DNA of 64,000 nt from an uncultured Gemmatimonadales bacterium (GTDB lineage: Bacteria > Gemmatimonadota > Gemmatimonadetes > Longimicrobiales > RSA9), in assembly GCA_963741945.1 (NCBI GenBank), contig CAVUKA010000003.1:723998-787997 (forward strand), given 5' to 3'. This document shows, piece by piece, positions 60,622 to 64,000 of the stretch (position 1 is its first letter; every line of letters starts with the position of its first letter). The notes under the pieces are model-generated. The model was given only the letters and a program-made list of their open reading frames with translations, was not told the origin of the DNA and made no database searches. Both the position numbers and the translations under genes were made by a program.

Positions 60622-61030
60622 ATGCGGATCGGTGTGCGACTCCGTCGGGATCGCCGGCATGCGCTGGGGATCGTCGCGATGGTGGCTGCCGCGGCGGTCG
60701 CGGCGTGCGGCCCTGATCAGGGCACCGCCCCTGAGATCGGCGACGGCGAATGGAGCGCGGTGCCTGCGGACCCATCACTCCGGCTCCCCGGTGCCGATCC
60801 CTTCGGGGGCCCCGGCGCCGTGCGCCAGGTGGTTCGATCGGCGGAGAACTGGGCCTCTCTCTGGGACGAATGGCAGGCCACGCGCCAGCCGTCCGGAGCA
60901 TGAGCCCCGGCCCCCGGTGCACCGCCCTCGCCGTCATCACCCGGCCCGCAGTGGCAGTGGCCGCGGCGCTAACCGAAGCGCCGGTCCGCTTCCTCGAGCA
61001 CCCGTACGTGCATCGCTGCGACGACGGACG
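60622..61030 (+). pseudogene. Internally deleted lipoprotein (PrcB C-terminal-like)
   Basis: GGAGG SD, lipobox VAAC, RQVVRSAENWASLW; then out-of-frame SPGPRCTALAVITRP...VRFLE...C. The expected middle part is missing; the 3' end is approximate. Confidence 0.55.
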
Positions 61031-61164
61031 AGCGCGAGGGCCGCTGCGCCGTCTTCGCCCGATGACGAAACGCCCCCTCCCGGTCCACACCGGGAGGGGG
61101 CGAGATCGTGCGTGCCGCGCGTCAGCCCCGTGGCCGACCGCGGGTCAGCGAACCGTCATTCCGG

Positions 61165-61932
61165 TTACATGCCGGAGTCCGGCGACATCCCGGACGTGCC
61201 CGTGGCGCCCATGCCCTGCAGCGCCTGCTGCAGCGGGTGCTGGTGCGTGCTCGTGACCTGGCCACTCAGGATCTGCTGAGCCGTGACCTGCTGGCCGTAG
61301 TAGTTCTGGTTCCGCTCGTCGTCGAAGTTGATGTCCGTGGCGCCGAGCGAGACGCCCGCGAACGCGCCTTCCGTGTTCGACCACAGCACGACGTCGCCCT
61401 TGCCGACGTCACCCTGCGAGCGGGCGTTGTAGTCCACCAGCGTGAAGCCCGAGTTCGCGTTCAGGGAGAAGGTCACGTCGCCCTTGAACTCGTTCACTGA
61501 CTTGTCCGTCATCAGCAGCATGGCGATCTCGCCGCCGGTGCCGCCGATCTGAGCGCCGACGCTGACCCCACCGATGTCGTAGAAGGCCGGGTTGCTCCAC
61601 TGCCCGTTCTCGTGCGCCATCAGCACGCCCTGACCACCCTTCGCGCCCACCACCACGGCGCCCTTGCCGTAGTCCGGCACGATGAACACACCCTTCGCCT
61701 GGTCGAGCAGATTCATGAGCTCCGGGTCCGAGCGCATGTTCTGGACCGTGGTTGCTGCGTTGTTCAGCAGGTCCATGGCCTCCGGTGCAGCATTCGCCGT
61801 CGTCGCCGCGCCCGGCTGCTCGCTGGCCGCCGGTGTCTGCTGCGTATCGGCGTAGTCGTTGTTGTCTCCGCCGCCGCAGGCGCCGAGCGCAACCACACAC
61901 GCGGCTAGCGCCGGAATTCCGATCCGCTTCAT
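61165..61932 (-). CDS. SYLF (Ysc84-like) lipid-binding domain lipoprotein
   Basis: Lipobox LGAC; AKGVFIVP..KGAVVVG..GG.GVL, WSNPAF, SVGAQIG, GAFAGVSL, NQNYYG. Confidence 0.9.
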   Translation of the reverse strand: MKRIGIPALAACVVALGACGGGDNNDYADTQQTPAASEQPGAATTANAAPEAMDLLNNAATTVQNMRSDPELMNLLDQAKGVFIVPDYGKGAVVVGAKGGQGVLMAHENGQWSNPAFYDIGGVSVGAQIGGTGGEIAMLLMTDKSVNEFKGDVTFSLNANSGFTLVDYNARSQGDVGKGDVVLWSNTEGAFAGVSLGATDINFDDERNQNYYGQQVTAQQILSGQVTSTHQHPLQQALQGMGATGTSGMSPDSGM

Positions 61933-61984
61933 CGTCAATCCTCCTATTGGAGAGGCGTTCCGTCTTCGATTCGGCCACTCAACA

Positions 61985-62000
61985 TGCAGCGTGTGTGCCA
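61985..62000 (-). promoter_or_regulatory. Putative sigma-54 promoter
   Basis: Minus strand TGGCACacacgcTGCA with GG/GC spacing of 12, about 53 nt upstream of the SYLF gene. Confidence 0.5.
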
Positions 62001-62036
62001 CCGGAACCGGAACCGCCCCCACAGCACGTCGACGCG

Positions 62037-63029
62037 TCAGGATCCTCCCCCCGTCGTCGCGGCCCCTGTCGCCACCGGCAGATCCGCGTGCCGACTCCAG
62101 TCCAGGAAAGAGCCGTCGTACAGACGCGTCGTGTAGCCCAGGTAGCGCGCCACGTAGTAGAGGAAGCTCGCCTCCATCCCCGTCCGGCAGTACGTGACCA
62201 CCGTATCCCCGGGCGCCGCGCCCGCCTCCCTGAACAGACCGCGCAGCGTGTCCGTGTCCTTCAGACGCGGCCGGTCCAGCGACACGATCGTGTGGTGCCA
62301 GTCCAGGTCGTGCGCACCGGGTATGTGCCCGGGCCGCGGCACTCCCTCACCCGCCACCTTTCCGCTGAACTCGTCCTCCGCACGCGCGTCCAGCAGCACC
62401 ACGCCCGGGTGCGTCCGGTGAGCCTCCACCCACGCGGCGTCCACCACCCGCTCCGGGTGCGCCCGATCCCCGAGCGCCTCCGGCGACGCTGCCGGCGATG
62501 GTCCCGGTGATGCTCCCGGCGACGCTCCGGGCGACGCTGCCACCGGCTCGCCCGGCCCTGCCGCCGACGCCGGGGCCGACGCCAGCTCACCGCTCAAGGG
62601 ATACCCATCGGCGCGCCACACCTTTTCCCCACCGTCCAGCGCCGCCGTCCGGTCGCCGAGTCCGAGAACGTCCAGCGCCACGAACGCGCGCGCCGCCGAG
62701 AGCGGAGCGCCATACACCACCACCCGTGTCGAGGCCGTCACGCCGAGGCCACCGAACACCGAAGCCAGCTCCGGCACCGATGGCACCTGGTTCGGGATCC
62801 CCTCCCGGGTCACCGCGACACGCTTCACATCCAGAAACCGCGCGCCTGCTATGTGCTCCGTGGCGTAGCTCGCGCTGTCCGTCCCCACGTGCAGCACCAC
62901 GACGCCCGGATCCTGCCCGTGCTGCGCCAGCCAGCTCGGCGACACCGAGATCTCCTGATCGACCCCGCCTCCACCGCAGGCGCCCGCCAGCACTGTCAGC
63001 GCCGCCAGGCGCACCAACACCGATCTCAT
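62037..63029 (-). CDS. Tandem-rhodanese sulfurtransferase with lipoprotein signal
   Basis: Lipobox AGAC; HIAGA, LDGG, LLDAR..EFSG, GHIPGA, YCRTG (catalytic Cys), YDGSFLDW. Confidence 0.9.
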   Translation of the reverse strand: MRSVLVRLAALTVLAGACGGGGVDQEISVSPSWLAQHGQDPGVVVLHVGTDSASYATEHIAGARFLDVKRVAVTREGIPNQVPSVPELASVFGGLGVTASTRVVVYGAPLSAARAFVALDVLGLGDRTAALDGGEKVWRADGYPLSGELASAPASAAGPGEPVAASPGASPGASPGPSPAASPEALGDRAHPERVVDAAWVEAHRTHPGVVLLDARAEDEFSGKVAGEGVPRPGHIPGAHDLDWHHTIVSLDRPRLKDTDTLRGLFREAGAAPGDTVVTYCRTGMEASFLYYVARYLGYTTRLYDGSFLDWSRHADLPVATGAATTGGGS

Positions 63030-63479
63030 GCCCCTCCCCCACGAATGCCGCGCTCGGGACCCATCCGTCAGACGGACACCCCGCGTCCGCCAGCCGGACG
63101 CCCCGCACGATCCAAGCCTGGAGCTGCGAAGCCCCGAGCTCCCGGGGGGGCGCTGGCTCCGGGCGGTGCTGGCGCCATCCCGCTCCGCGATCTATCTCCA
63201 GCTGGAGAGATCCACGGGCGGCGTCGCCCCCCGTCAGTGGCCGCCGGTCCGGGTGATGCATCACCGGCGCCGGGAACCGGATCTCTCCACCTGGAGAGAC
63301 TTCCGGCGAAGCGGCAGAGGCGCGGGCGGGCCGAGGGGGACCCGTCCCGGGGTTGGAGGGTTCAAGTGACCGGCGGGTCATTTATGAGGACCGGGACGGG
63401 CTGACGTGGACGACGGCGCGCGGAAAACGGAGACGGGATGGGACGGCGGGTGCGGGGCGAGGGGACGGGAGGACGGCGG

Positions 63480-64000
63480 GTGAACCGGCTGGCGGACGCG
63501 CTGGGCGCGAACCGGGTCGTCGTCGCCCTGACCACGGCGCGGCTGGCGGACGCGCTGGGGAACAGCATCCTGTTCGTGCTGCTGCCGCTGTACGTGACGC
63601 GTGTGGCGCGCGGATCCGGAGTGCCGACGGAGATCGTGGTGGGGGTGCTGATCTCGGTCTACGGCTTCGTGAACGCGGGGATCCAGCCGTTCACGGGGGC
63701 GTGGGCGGACCGGCTGTATCGCCGCAAGCCGCTGATCGTGGGCGGCCTGTTGATCATGGCCGCGGCCACACTGTCGTTCGTGTGGACGAAGACCATCCCG
63801 GGTCTGTTCGCCATCCGGCTGTTCCAGGGTGTGGGTGTGGCCATGACGGTGCCCACGTCGATGGCGCTGATGGCCACGGCCACGGAGCACGGAACGCGGG
63901 GCGGGTCCATGGGGATCTACACCACGGGCCGGATGATCGGCCTGGCGGCAGGCCCGCTGCTCGGCGGCTATCTGTACGACCGCGTGGGGTTCGAGCCCAG
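63480..64000 (+). CDS. MFS transporter (partial, runs off the window)
   Basis: ARLADALGNSILFVLLPLY, GAWADRLYRRKPLI (motif A), IRLFQGVG, RGGSMGIY. Alternative ATG at 63438. Confidence 0.88.
   Translation, partial: MNRLADALGANRVVVALTTARLADALGNSILFVLLPLYVTRVARGSGVPTEIVVGVLISVYGFVNAGIQPFTGAWADRLYRRKPLIVGGLLIMAAATLSFVWTKTIPGLFAIRLFQGVGVAMTVPTSMALMATATEHGTRGGSMGIYTTGRMIGLAAGPLLGGYLYDRVGFEP

Noticed and set aside
1-64000. tRNA, rRNA, riboswitch, IS, prophage or defence genes other than the TA pair
   Set aside because: None was recognised by eye; a covariance-model search would be needed to exclude small RNAs.

Overview
Gene-dense, very GC-rich bacterial chromosomal window with about 50 CDS. The gene content suggests a diderm of the Gemmatimonadota type (inference only). 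No rRNA, tRNA, transposase, integrase or cas genes were recognised. Contents include: a TIGR04290-like methyltransferase and SDR epimerase; an MltD-type LysM transglycosylase; a gdh operon with two truncated PEP-synthase-like dikinases; yhbY; an Omp85-type protein with a kinase-like N-terminus; trxA, ybdK, a DsbA-like protein and an acyl-CoA ligase; sdaAA/sdaAB; a TetR-TolC-EmrAB efflux locus; DUF1326/DUF2182; a TA pair; nhaD; and many secreted hydrolases. Main findings: (1) an intact gatE-gatD pair, classically described as archaea-specific, in a bacterial context; (2) a gdh-linked pair of ATP-grasp plus putative phospho-His dikinases lacking the pyruvate-binding barrel, one with a GAF-like N-terminus; (3) a non-coding family of 37-bp palindromes at an exact 61-bp period at two loci; (4) a hybrid kinase with a putative extracellular tandem OB-fold sensor coupled to a secreted phosphoesterase; (5) yhbY apparently starting at ATC; (6) four genes collapsed by internal deletions. 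Several single-base frameshifts in otherwise intact genes are probably sequencing errors. All family assignments come from motif recognition by eye; no searches were run.
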